Of a stretch of DNA of 59,104 nt, positions 18,226-27,230 are shown piece after piece. Each line of letters starts with the position of its first letter. Positions within the stretch are counted from its first letter, which is position 1. Source of the DNA: Spirochaetales bacterium. GTDB taxonomy: Bacteria > Spirochaetota > Spirochaetia > SZUA-6. Position numbers and translations under genes: made by a program. The notes beneath the pieces were generated by a model. The model was not told the DNA's origin. It searched no databases and worked only from the letters and a program-made list of their open reading frames with translations. The DNA is taken from NCBI GenBank assembly GCA_027021365.1, contig JALUUM010000015.1:1-59104 (forward strand), written 5' to 3'.

Positions 18226-19348
18226 TCCTGTACCTCTCTGCCGGAATCGTTACCTTAAAGCTGCTTCCCCTTCCTTTTATGCTTTCAACCGAAACGGCCA
18301 AACCCATTGCCTCTGCAAGAATCTTTACAACGGAAAGACCTATTCCCAGGTTTCCCTCTTTCGTTGAAAAACCAGGTTGAAAAACCTTCTCCAGAACCTC
18401 CTCATCTATTCCTCTCCCGTTATCACTAACAATGATATCGAGTGCCCCCTTCCTCTCCTCTGCAGAGAGGGTTACCTCTACCGGTTCACCATCCTCCCCT
18501 GATTCGGTGGCATTCTTTACCAGGTTCCGTATAATCTGCGAAAAGAGAAAACGATCTGCCAGCACCTCTATTCCCTTTCCTCCATGTTCGAGCCTGATAC
18601 CCGGGTAGTCATATGATATCTCCCCAAACAACTCTTCGAGTCTGAAGAAAGATTCGGAAGGCTCGGGTAAATGCGAGATATCCTTTAGTGACATCAAGAT
18701 ATGTTTCATTTCTTCCAATTTCAGCAGGATGAAATAAAGGGTCTCCCTTTCCTCCTTCATTTCCGGGGCAAGCCTTTCATAGAGATAGCCGGAATATGTC
18801 TCTACAGGTGAAATAAGGTTGTTGAGCTCATGTACTATCACACGTGAAATCTCACGCCAACCCAGGTACCTTCCCCTGTCACCTATTATAGCCTCGTACC
18901 CCTTAAGGTTCTCAAGCATTTCGTTGAAAGAACGTGTCAGCAGGCGTACTTCCAGTGCACCTCTCTCCTTCAAAACCGTGTTTACGTTTCCAGGGGAAAT
19001 CTTATCCATCCTGTTTAGCCTCTTCATAGTCTCCGTTAATCTTAAAAGTGGTTTCGTAACCTGAAAGGTAAACATCAGAAAAATCAGAGTCATGAACACA
19101 ATTACAACGGAGTAGAGATAAAGGCTTCTTCTTGTGATGTCTATAGCCCTGTTTGCAGAGAAGGCCCTGTACAGCTCTATTTCCTTCAATGCCTCGGGAT
19201 TCGATTCTAAAAGGGGAATTATCTTTGAAAACAGTGAAGAGTCGAGCATCTTCTCGCCCGTACTTACGGTATTGTAGGTGATCAATATGGAGAAAACGAG
19301 AATAAAAAACATGGTGATAATCAATACTACTGTAAATCTACCCCTCAT
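18203..19348 (-). CDS. sensor histidine kinase (2 TM, HAMP, HisKA, HATPase_c)
   Basis: H-box VIVHELNNLISPV, N-box NLVKNATES, G1 motif DNGRGI and G2 motif GIGLS. The gene overlaps the RR gene by 23 nt. Confidence 0.9.
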   Translation of the reverse strand: MRGRFTVVLIITMFFILVFSILITYNTVSTGEKMLDSSLFSKIIPLLESNPEALKEIELYRAFSANRAIDITRRSLYLYSVVIVFMTLIFLMFTFQVTKPLLRLTETMKRLNRMDKISPGNVNTVLKERGALEVRLLTRSFNEMLENLKGYEAIIGDRGRYLGWREISRVIVHELNNLISPVETYSGYLYERLAPEMKEERETLYFILLKLEEMKHILMSLKDISHLPEPSESFFRLEELFGEISYDYPGIRLEHGGKGIEVLADRFLFSQIIRNLVKNATESGEDGEPVEVTLSAEERKGALDIIVSDNGRGIDEEVLEKVFQPGFSTKEGNLGIGLSVVKILAEAMGLAVSVESIKGRGSSFKVTIPAERYRNENTGSR

Positions 19349-19373
19349 TCGCTCAATATCCCTTTTTTGAAAT

Positions 19374-19889
19374 CTATCTGAATTCCAGCTCGATCCTTGG
19401 TTTGTTTCCCCATAACTTCACAATCTCCGGTGTTTCAGGGCTGCTTAAGCCTATTCTTATAATTGTAATATATCTATCTTTATTGCTATTTCTGCTTTCC
19501 GAACCATCTTCATAACCATCCAGAATTATAAACCTGTGATGATTGACGAGATTCTTTAGTTTATCCTTGCTATCCACGGAAATACTGTTTACATGATAAA
19601 GGCCATTCTTTAGGTACACATGATCGATGTAATCTCTGCTGAAGACCAGTTTACCATTCTTCCTTGTAATCACGAAATACGTAAAATCCACGGCAACACC
19701 CGAATCTACTATCTGCATAATAGATTCGTTTAACATGGATTCTGTATCGAAAACCACGAAAACAACATTATTCTTGTTCTCTACCACAATATTATCAACG
19801 GTTACATCGGGAGAAATACTTGCAAGACCAATAACTGCAAAAATTATATTGAGGGAACGAGTAAGTGCAGAAACGATCTGCTTTATCAT
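19374..19889 (-). CDS. hypothetical secreted/periplasmic protein co-transcribed with the HK/RR pair
   Basis: 171 aa with an N-terminal signal/anchor (MIKQIVSALTRSLNIIFAVIGLASIS). No motif was recognised. Confidence 0.4.
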   Translation of the reverse strand: MIKQIVSALTRSLNIIFAVIGLASISPDVTVDNIVVENKNNVVFVVFDTESMLNESIMQIVDSGVAVDFTYFVITRKNGKLVFSRDYIDHVYLKNGLYHVNSISVDSKDKLKNLVNHHRFIILDGYEDGSESRNSNKDRYITIIRIGLSSPETPEIVKLWGNKPRIELEFR

Positions 19890-19919
19890 TTTACAAATTC
19901 ACCTCTAAACAATTCGAGA

Positions 19920-19945
19920 AGATGGAGAGCGAATGCTCTCCATCT
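19920..19945 (-). terminator. intra-operon hairpin (attenuator/partial terminator) between the OM protein gene and downstream genes
   Basis: Perfect 11-bp stem agatggagagc/gctctccatct with a 4-nt loop, 8 nt after the OM-protein stop, and T-rich flanks on both sides. Confidence 0.5.
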
Positions 19946-19952
19946 CCAATTA

Positions 19953-20678
19953 TTATTCTTTTCTTTCATCCATGCGGTAGTGCATACTTTTCTCTCTTCC
20001 ACCAAATACTACTCCTGCCGATACAAATACCGAATGGATTCCGGTTGAAGGTGCACCTGTAAGGTTTCCCGAATAGCCGGATATCTCCCATGTTTCAACC
20101 GGTGTAAAGAGGTAGCCAATCCTCGTATAGATCCCTACCTGACCAAACATTATACCCGTTTGTAACGAAAGGGACAAAGAATAGTCATTCGACTCGACTG
20201 TTGTCATGTTCCCCGGGTTTGCCAGCAGACCGGAAAATGTTGTGCTTGTCGGTGTTGCATTATAGATTTCGACAATGTTGCCACCCCATTGAAAACCGGC
20301 AGTTGGGATAACAATGAGCCTGTCATTTCCAAGCAGCAGGTACCCGAAATCAAAACCTCCGCCTCCGTATGTTTTCTTTACGTAGTTGGAATTAGTACTG
20401 TTATCCGACTGAAGTTTTATGACATCGCCATATCCCCATCCGCCGATGTAAAAATTATTTATTATTGCACCTCCGCCACCTCCGTATGCATAATCGAACT
20501 GACTGAGAGGTTGATATCCGGCCGATTGCAATGCACTGTTCAGCCCTGACATGTCACTGTGCCACAGGACTACGGCACCGGAATAACCGAAACCACCAAA
20601 TGCGCCTCTCTCTTCTGCAGAGAGACTCCCCAGAGTTACAATGAGAACAGTTACCAACAGTAATACAAATCTTTTCAT
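19953..20678 (-). CDS. Gly-rich outer-membrane beta-barrel-type protein (porin-like), sigma-54 controlled
   Basis: The start was refined to MKRF after an AGGAGG RBS. It has a signal peptide and alternating hydrophobic/Gly-rich strands (YGGGG, GGGAIINNFYIGGWGYGD). Confidence 0.55.
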   Translation of the reverse strand: MKRFVLLLVTVLIVTLGSLSAEERGAFGGFGYSGAVVLWHSDMSGLNSALQSAGYQPLSQFDYAYGGGGGAIINNFYIGGWGYGDVIKLQSDNSTNSNYVKKTYGGGGFDFGYLLLGNDRLIVIPTAGFQWGGNIVEIYNATPTSTTFSGLLANPGNMTTVESNDYSLSLSLQTGIMFGQVGIYTRIGYLFTPVETWEISGYSGNLTGAPSTGIHSVFVSAGVVFGGREKSMHYRMDERKE

Positions 20679-20702
20679 TTTTTTACCTCCTAAAGACGAG
20701 TA

Positions 20703-20718
20703 AGCAACAACCATGCCA
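20703..20718 (-). promoter_or_regulatory. sigma-54 (-24/-12) promoter: TGGCAT-N5-TTGCT
   Basis: The minus strand reads aaTGGCATGGTTGTTGCTtactcgtctttAGGAGGtaaaaaaATG. The GG-N10-GC spacing is correct, and the promoter sits directly upstream of the OM-protein gene. Confidence 0.6.
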
Positions 20719-20895
20719 TTGTCTCTACAATCGAGAACCAATCAATATTTGTTTATAATGGCAATAAATATATAATTTATAATTATCACACTTGGCAGCT
20801 TACAACAATGTTCCATATCAGAAAGTATCAATTTTGATATATCATAAATGATCATATTGAAATTACCAATCATTTTGCATAGAATCACTCCCACT

Positions 20896-21792
20896 ATGAC
20901 TGACATGTTAGGCGGAACACTTAACACCCTCTTTCCACTCTTCGTGGTGATTGGGGGAGGTTTCTTTCTCTCCAGGGCATTCAATCTATCGGAAGATACA
21001 CTCGTAAGAATAGTTACGGACTTTTTCATGCCAATTCTTGTATTCAACTCGCTCTATTCAGCCAGACTCGAATCGGGAAAGGTTGCTTCGATACTCGGGG
21101 CAACTATTTTCGTCATACTGACCCTCCTTGCCCTATCCTACCTCTACGCAAAAATCTTTGATACTGACAGCCGTTCCTTCATTCCACCTGTCATCTTCAT
21201 GAACTCAGGTTTCCTGGGAATTCCCCTGATGAATCTCTGGGGTGGAATCCTTCCGATGAACATGATAGTTATCTACGACCAGATTCAGACCTTCTTCATT
21301 TTCACCCTTGGCATTCTTATTGTTTCAGGAGGTTTCTCCTGGAAGGGACTGAGAGAAATGCTTCTCTCACCACTCCTCTGGGCGATACTGCTCGGTTTTG
21401 CGGCAAGATACTCTGGCATGAACATTCCCAGGAGTATTATCAATATCATGGACTTTGCCGGCAATCCCGCACCCTCACTGGCAGCCTTTGCCCTGGGCTC
21501 TTCCCTAAGCAACAGAAGGCTCATATTCGACAGGCATATAGTGAGCAGCATTCTCTTAAGATTCGTATTCGGTTTCCTTGCAGGATACCTTGCAACCCTC
21601 ATCTTAAATATCGACGGAATTCTGAAAACAGTGGTCATAGTAGCTTCGTCACTTCCATCTGCCGTATTCTCCTTCGTTTTGCCAATGCGCTACGATGTCA
21701 AATCGGAGCATCCTGGCTCCATGGTATTCCTTTCAACCATACTTTCTCTGGTGACGATTCCTGCAAGTTTCGCGCTGGCAGCGCTCTTATAA
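20896..21792 (+). CDS. AEC (auxin efflux carrier) family transporter
   Basis: Multi-TM protein with an AEC-like N-terminus (MTDMLGGTLNTLFPLFVVIGGGFFLSRAFNLSED). The track ORF starts 16 codons earlier. Confidence 0.7.
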   Translation: MTDMLGGTLNTLFPLFVVIGGGFFLSRAFNLSEDTLVRIVTDFFMPILVFNSLYSARLESGKVASILGATIFVILTLLALSYLYAKIFDTDSRSFIPPVIFMNSGFLGIPLMNLWGGILPMNMIVIYDQIQTFFIFTLGILIVSGGFSWKGLREMLLSPLLWAILLGFAARYSGMNIPRSIINIMDFAGNPAPSLAAFALGSSLSNRRLIFDRHIVSSILLRFVFGFLAGYLATLILNIDGILKTVVIVASSLPSAVFSFVLPMRYDVKSEHPGSMVFLSTILSLVTIPASFALAALL

Positions 21793-21826
21793 CTCTTCCA
21801 ACGACCAGAGAAAAAGCAGACGAAAA

Positions 21827-22996
21827 TTAAAACTGAAGGTCAAGGGTTATCACTGTAAGATCGTTCCGTGAGGACTGACCGACGTAAGATTCGAATCTTA
21901 TATTCTGTTTTTTGCATTCTTCATGAAGGTATGATAGGTAATAGAGACCAAGCTCTATATCCTTTTTCTGCTCCGGAAGTTCGTTGTAGAAATCATGCAG
22001 GCTCTTTTCCTTTAAATCGATATCTGATTTATTCTCTATCTCTTTCTTTATCCTCGAATAGTCGTACTCCTGATTGAAAAGGATAATCTGAAGCCGATTT
22101 TCAGTACCTATTGAGGTACTCTTGCCACCCAATTTCCAGGTTAAATATAGATAATCCTCTTCACTCTTAAGCTTATTATAAATCTCGTTCCTCACTTTCT
22201 TGCTGAAAATGAGCTGTCTCAAGTTATCTGTCTTCGGGTACATAATTCTCGCTGTTTCTTCAATTCGTACGTTCTCTGCATTGGTTGCAAGTTCGACGAC
22301 TATCAGCCCTATGTACTCTACGATTTTAGCTTTGCCCATATATTTGGAGAGTATCCCTCTTATCGCAATTATTATCTCCGAGAATCCTACCCTGTCCCGA
22401 AACTGCGAGAGCAAAACCCAAACAGGGTCTCTGACACTTCCAATATACTGTTCCACATAGGCAATCTGTCCCTTCTTCTCCCCATCTTCAAGTCTTTGTG
22501 TTTTCATGATTGCCTGCTTCATCGGATAGGTGATCTCATTCACTATACCCTCTATGATAGCTCTGTTTTCATTCATCATGCTCTGAATATAGAATTTGTT
22601 GAACCTCGTATTCCTGTCGATAATCTTGGAAGGATTACTACGATTCCATCTCTTTATCAGGTCTGAAGAGATGAATGCATCGAAAACCTCGTTGTCAAAC
22701 TTCTTGAAAAGTATATTGTCCGTTATTATCTCTGAAAGTCTGAGAATCTCTTTTCGTTTCGAAGAAAACTCAACCCTGGCTATCTCTATCTTGGATACGT
22801 AATCAAGAGTTATCATGCTCTTTAGCAGGGAAGGGGTTACCCTGTCAAGGGCAATACCATAGTCTGTAGTTCTGTCAGCAAGGTTTATACGTCTGGGCGT
22901 TTTGCCATGCTTTATGAACCAATCTATTCCGTCCTCGTTGAGTATTATCTTCACGGGAAGTTCTATTGCAAGAGAAGATTTCATGTTCGTCATCAA
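21827..22996 (-). CDS. hypothetical protein in the sigma-factor position of the partner-switching operon; possible divergent GHKL-like C-terminal region
   Basis: 389 aa with no sigma-70 regions. It has N-box-like VELATNAEN and G2-like ELGLYYLSYL motifs. Confidence 0.3.
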   Translation of the reverse strand: MMTNMKSSLAIELPVKIILNEDGIDWFIKHGKTPRRINLADRTTDYGIALDRVTPSLLKSMITLDYVSKIEIARVEFSSKRKEILRLSEIITDNILFKKFDNEVFDAFISSDLIKRWNRSNPSKIIDRNTRFNKFYIQSMMNENRAIIEGIVNEITYPMKQAIMKTQRLEDGEKKGQIAYVEQYIGSVRDPVWVLLSQFRDRVGFSEIIIAIRGILSKYMGKAKIVEYIGLIVVELATNAENVRIEETARIMYPKTDNLRQLIFSKKVRNEIYNKLKSEEDYLYLTWKLGGKSTSIGTENRLQIILFNQEYDYSRIKKEIENKSDIDLKEKSLHDFYNELPEQKKDIELGLYYLSYLHEECKKQNIRFESYVGQSSRNDLTVITLDLQF

Positions 22997-23033
22997 GTTA
23001 CAATACCAGATATTCCTTCGGGTGAATAGTAAG

Positions 23034-23597
23034 CTATTCTAACTTCAAACCACGTCTCTTTACCGGGAAGTATTTAGCTACTGCCACACAATTCTTCTTT
23101 TTATTGAAAACGATTCCTCCGTTCCAGTATTCAACGGCTGCAAAAAGCGCATTCCCACTGTCATTCTCATCGCTGTCTTCCGTTAAAAAGGAGACATACT
23201 TCGCCATTTCCTCGAAGTTCTGATTCTTGAAACATTCGTTTCTCTTTTTGTTGAATTCGTTCCACTCTTCCAGCCTCTTGAATCCCTCCCCCTCATCCTG
23301 AACGATAAGCCTTGCGTGTGTCTCACTAAAGGAGTACCACACATCCACATGTTTTTTCGGATCATTGTGATTTCCATGCTTTACTGCATTCTTTATAATC
23401 TCGCTTATCTGTTGTTCTAAAAGGTTTATCTCCTTTATCTCCGGCGGTGCTTTTTGAACTATCAACAGAGTGAAGTATCTTATCTGGCGAAAGTCACTCT
23501 TGAACCTCTTGTGAAACATCCCCTTCTTGTCAAAAAGGGGACTAGCCTCATCCACTCTTATCTCTTTGATTTCCGATTTCTCTTCTGCCATCTTCAC
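23034..23597 (-). CDS. anti-sigma-factor-type serine kinase (RsbW/SpoIIAB-like GHKL ATPase)
   Basis: N-box IIKNAVKHG and G1 motif VQDEGEGF. The gene is adjacent to the STAS gene. Confidence 0.7.
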   Translation of the reverse strand: MKMAEEKSEIKEIRVDEASPLFDKKGMFHKRFKSDFRQIRYFTLLIVQKAPPEIKEINLLEQQISEIIKNAVKHGNHNDPKKHVDVWYSFSETHARLIVQDEGEGFKRLEEWNEFNKKRNECFKNQNFEEMAKYVSFLTEDSDENDSGNALFAAVEYWNGGIVFNKKKNCVAVAKYFPVKRRGLKLE

Positions 23598-23947
23598 TAA
23601 CTCCTATTCATCCTTGATAATTCCGCTATTCCATCCTTCACCGTGGGAGCAATCTGAAAAAATCCGATAAGTTTGGTAAGCTCTATCACCTTCTTAACCG
23701 AACCCTTTACATTCACTATTCTCAGTGCCATGTTCCTCTTTTTCAGCTCCGAATGGACATATATCAAAGCCCCTATCCCGCTGCTGTCGATGTAATCCAC
23801 ATTGTCCAGATTGATTATGTAATAGCGTATATCCTTCTTTATCATTGTATTTATCAGGTTCTTTACGTCATTGGCGTTGTACATATCCATGTCACCGTAT
23901 ATGTCAACAATGTAAATTGATTCATACCGCCTGATCTTTATTTCCAT
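23597..23947 (-). CDS. STAS-domain anti-sigma-factor antagonist (RsbV/SpoIIAA-like)
   Basis: 116 aa. The phosphorylatable Ser lies in DYIDSSGIGAL. Confidence 0.85.
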   Translation of the reverse strand: MEIKIRRYESIYIVDIYGDMDMYNANDVKNLINTMIKKDIRYYIINLDNVDYIDSSGIGALIYVHSELKKRNMALRIVNVKGSVKKVIELTKLIGFFQIAPTVKDGIAELSRMNRS

Positions 23948-23971
23948 ATCTGTATAACCTTCCCCTCCTCG

Positions 23972-25885
23972 TTATTCTACCTTCATCAGCAGCAGGGTTT
24001 GATCATCGTGCTGCTTTGCCCTCTTTGAAAAATCAGAAAGTTCATCTCTTATCTTCTTAACCACTTCGGAAGCACCGAAAGAACTGTTCTTCTTTATCAC
24101 ATCTAAAAGAGCATTAAGTGTAAACTGGTTTCCCATTTCATCCATAGTCTCTACGATACCGTCTGTATACATGATAATGAAATCACCTTCTTCCAGCATG
24201 AAGCGCTTCTGCGAATAAATGGTATTCTTGTCAACACCAATGGGCAATCCCGGTGTATCCACCTGGACGAATTTCTCTTCATTCTTTTTGAATACCAAGA
24301 GAGGCATATGGGCTGCATTGGAATACACCACCTCGTGATTCTTTCTGTTGTAAGTAAGGAAAGAGAGAGTGGCAAAATGGTCGATGCTTATGCTTCCCGT
24401 TATACCTCTGTTGATCCATGTTACTATTGTAGAAGGTTCCTGGTGGGATGCGACGATAAGACGGAGTATCGTTCTTATCATCACCATAACAAGTGCGGCC
24501 GGTACCCCCTTTCCGGCAACATCGCATATAAAGAGCCCTACCTCATTGTCGTTGAGCTTAAAAATGTCATAGTAGTCTCCGCTTACACCCTTGGCAGGCT
24601 GATTGAGTGCTGCCAGTGAGATTTGTGGGATTTCCGGGAATCCGGATGGTAAAAGCTTCTTCTGTATTTCCGCTGCAGTATCCACCTCCTTCTCTATCTC
24701 ACGCTTCTCCAGGACCTCCATGTATGTGTAGAGATTGTCGATGGTAACAGAAGCCGCATCTGCGAAAGTTTTCAAGTGTTCCAAATCCCTCTCGCTGAAA
24801 AATTGATTCTCTATCCTCTTTACCGTAGAGAGAACTCCCAGGATACGCCCCGAGACTAAAAGCGGGACAATAATTATCGAACTGACGAACAGGATATCAT
24901 TCCTGGTATTGTTCTTTAGTTCTTCTACCCCACTCGTGTTTCTTATAAAAACAGGTTCACCGCTCCCTGCCACTTTCCCCAGGAGGGTCTCTCCAAGGGG
25001 AATTGGAGTCTCCCGAAAATGCCGCTTCAAGCTGCTTGCCTTTACCTTTACAACCTCGGGTACATTGTAAAGCGGCGGGAAAAGTCCGTATGTAGCCTTC
25101 ACATTCAGCCTGTCTTCGAACTCGTCAACCATCAGTATGGTTCCTGCATCTGCGCCTATATTCTTAACAGCAGAGGTAACGATCAGTTCCAGCACCGTAT
25201 CGAGATCTATCCTATTTGTTATGGCATTTCCAAAATTTTTCATGAAATCGAACATGGATTCAAGGTTAGATTGAAGAAAATTGATAGTTTCCTCTCTCTG
25301 CAAATCGAAGAACCGAATATAACGGTAGAGAATATATGCATGGGTAAAATAGAATAGGGGTACGATAATAGACTGAATCGCTTCGTTGTCATACCCGTAT
25401 AGAAGAGCTATTACATTGAAAATAGAAAAAGCTGTAATAAGAACATAGCGGGTTGATGCAATCATCTCGAAATCTTCGGTGTTATACTCCGAAACCAGGC
25501 CAAGGACAAGTGACATGTAGATGATGTCAGCAATGATAACCAGGTTGAATACATACTGTCCCAGGTTTAGAATAGAGAGAAAAGAGTCAAGAAATCCAAA
25601 AGTAAAAATAGCAAGGTTGAATATTATAAAAATGAAATCCCCTCTCCTTCTTCCCGTATAATTCCTTATCCAGAAAAGATATATCAATATCACGAGAAAA
25701 TCTGAAAATGAAAAGATCAGGGGGATTTTAAAAATTGCAAAGAGGATATCGCGGGATACGAGGAGAAGAATGATATAGAGAAAGAATGTTAAAACCCTCT
25801 CCTTCCTCGTTTTCCTTGCAATAATGTAGAGAAAGAGCAGAAAGAGTTCCACAAATAATTTCGGAAGAACAGTAGTAAAGAGCAT
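23972..25885 (-). CDS. membrane-anchored GAF + PP2C (SpoIIE/RsbU-type) serine phosphatase with ~7-TM N-terminal domain
   Basis: The ~200-aa multi-TM N-terminus is followed by GAF and then PP2C motifs (GVSGDYYD, LFICDVAGKGVPAA, DGIVE). Confidence 0.85.
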   Translation of the reverse strand: MLFTTVLPKLFVELFLLFLYIIARKTRKERVLTFFLYIILLLVSRDILFAIFKIPLIFSFSDFLVILIYLFWIRNYTGRRRGDFIFIIFNLAIFTFGFLDSFLSILNLGQYVFNLVIIADIIYMSLVLGLVSEYNTEDFEMIASTRYVLITAFSIFNVIALLYGYDNEAIQSIIVPLFYFTHAYILYRYIRFFDLQREETINFLQSNLESMFDFMKNFGNAITNRIDLDTVLELIVTSAVKNIGADAGTILMVDEFEDRLNVKATYGLFPPLYNVPEVVKVKASSLKRHFRETPIPLGETLLGKVAGSGEPVFIRNTSGVEELKNNTRNDILFVSSIIIVPLLVSGRILGVLSTVKRIENQFFSERDLEHLKTFADAASVTIDNLYTYMEVLEKREIEKEVDTAAEIQKKLLPSGFPEIPQISLAALNQPAKGVSGDYYDIFKLNDNEVGLFICDVAGKGVPAALVMVMIRTILRLIVASHQEPSTIVTWINRGITGSISIDHFATLSFLTYNRKNHEVVYSNAAHMPLLVFKKNEEKFVQVDTPGLPIGVDKNTIYSQKRFMLEEGDFIIMYTDGIVETMDEMGNQFTLNALLDVIKKNSSFGASEVVKKIRDELSDFSKRAKQHDDQTLLLMKVE

Positions 25886-25888
25886 TTG

Positions 25889-27133
25889 CTACTCTTTCTC
25901 CTTGAGAAGGACAGATACAGTCTCCATCAACCTGTTGAAAGACCTGGCAAGTGTGCCGATCTCATCCTGTCGCTTCACCTCGATTCTTTCTATATCGGTA
26001 AGTCCTCTGCTCACCTTGTCCACGGCTACGGTAAGCTCCTCCAGAGGTCTGGTAATCTGGTTGCTCAAGATCATACCGAGAATAAGTGCTATGATGATTA
26101 TCAAAGTGAGAGCGACAATTATCAATTTCCCGCTTTCCTGCACCGGTTCCACAATTTGCTCTCTCGGAACGATAATACCGACACCGGACATTATAGTAAT
26201 TATAGGGGCATACGAGAGGAAATAGGTCTTTTGTCTGCTATCCTTGAACATTCCAATACCGGACTTTCCATTAACCATCTCAGAGACAATATGATTGAAG
26301 GCATTATTCTTGGTTCTGAGATAGTTGTCATGCCCGAAAATTCTCTTCCAGCGGTAATCTTTTTCATCTACTCCGGGCGGAACAACGACATTTCCCTGCT
26401 TGTCAACCATGAACGTAAGACCCTTATAGCCGATTCGCATGGAGATGATGTCATGCCTTATGGTATCCAACAGTACATCAAAGCCCACAACCCCCAAGAA
26501 GTCGTGATTAACGTCGAAAATCGGTGTTGCACATGTGATTGTCATTTTCTTTGTATTTGCATCCACGTAAGGATTGGTCCATATGGTTCTCTTTAGTTTT
26601 TTTGCCTCGAGATACCATGGCCGCTTTCTTGCATCGAATCCCTCTATTTCTTCTATTGTCTTCACCACCCCTTCGTCACTGAAAACAGTAATTCCACTCT
26701 CACTGCCCATATAACCAAGTGTTATGTACTGATTGTTATCTACAATCGATTTAAGAAAAAGCCCCACGCGCTGCAGTTTCAGTATCTCATCACCGTTTCT
26801 ATCGATAAATTCTTTACTTCCGTACCCATTCCCCGTCCATGGAAAGAGCATCTTCGTCCCGAGGTTGTTCTTCGGTACGGGATACGAATATACAAGCTTT
26901 ACAAAATTTCCGGTGGACAGCGCTTCCTGCGTTATACGCTGAAAGATGTGGTCATACCCTATGGATTTCTCGTAGATCAATTGTTTTAGGTTGCTCTGTG
27001 CCTGTGATAGCAGTGCATTTTGATTCTCATAGATGGCAATTCCACCTACGATTCCTAAAGATATCAATGGTAACAGAACGAGAACCAGAGTGATCCTCGT
27101 TTTTATAGATCTCATTCTACCCGTTTTCATCAT
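25889..27133 (-). CDS. extracytoplasmic Cache-like sensor + TM + HAMP protein with no output domain
   Basis: Signal/TM, then a ~300-aa periplasmic Cache-like domain, a second TM and a HAMP domain (ITRPLEELTVAVDKVSRGLTDIERIE...). The protein stops immediately after HAMP, 3 nt before the PP2C gene. Confidence 0.65.
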   Translation of the reverse strand: MMKTGRMRSIKTRITLVLVLLPLISLGIVGGIAIYENQNALLSQAQSNLKQLIYEKSIGYDHIFQRITQEALSTGNFVKLVYSYPVPKNNLGTKMLFPWTGNGYGSKEFIDRNGDEILKLQRVGLFLKSIVDNNQYITLGYMGSESGITVFSDEGVVKTIEEIEGFDARKRPWYLEAKKLKRTIWTNPYVDANTKKMTITCATPIFDVNHDFLGVVGFDVLLDTIRHDIISMRIGYKGLTFMVDKQGNVVVPPGVDEKDYRWKRIFGHDNYLRTKNNAFNHIVSEMVNGKSGIGMFKDSRQKTYFLSYAPIITIMSGVGIIVPREQIVEPVQESGKLIIVALTLIIIIALILGMILSNQITRPLEELTVAVDKVSRGLTDIERIEVKRQDEIGTLARSFNRLMETVSVLLKEKE

Positions 27134-27230
27134 ATTTAATTAATATATATATTCCATTAATTTTCAAGGTCTCTAATATATAATTTCGTAAAGCTACTTA
27201 ATCTTTTAAAATAATATCCGATAGATGGGT

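Noticed and set aside
25886-26596. 236-aa plus-strand ORF
   Set aside because: It is antisense to the Cache-HAMP gene.
27134-27230. AT-rich region upstream of the Cache-HAMP gene, examined for a leaderless promoter
   Set aside because: The TTGAAA -35 is good but no acceptable -10 is found at 17±1 spacing. It is mentioned only as a weak fifth instance in the leaderless-promoter finding.
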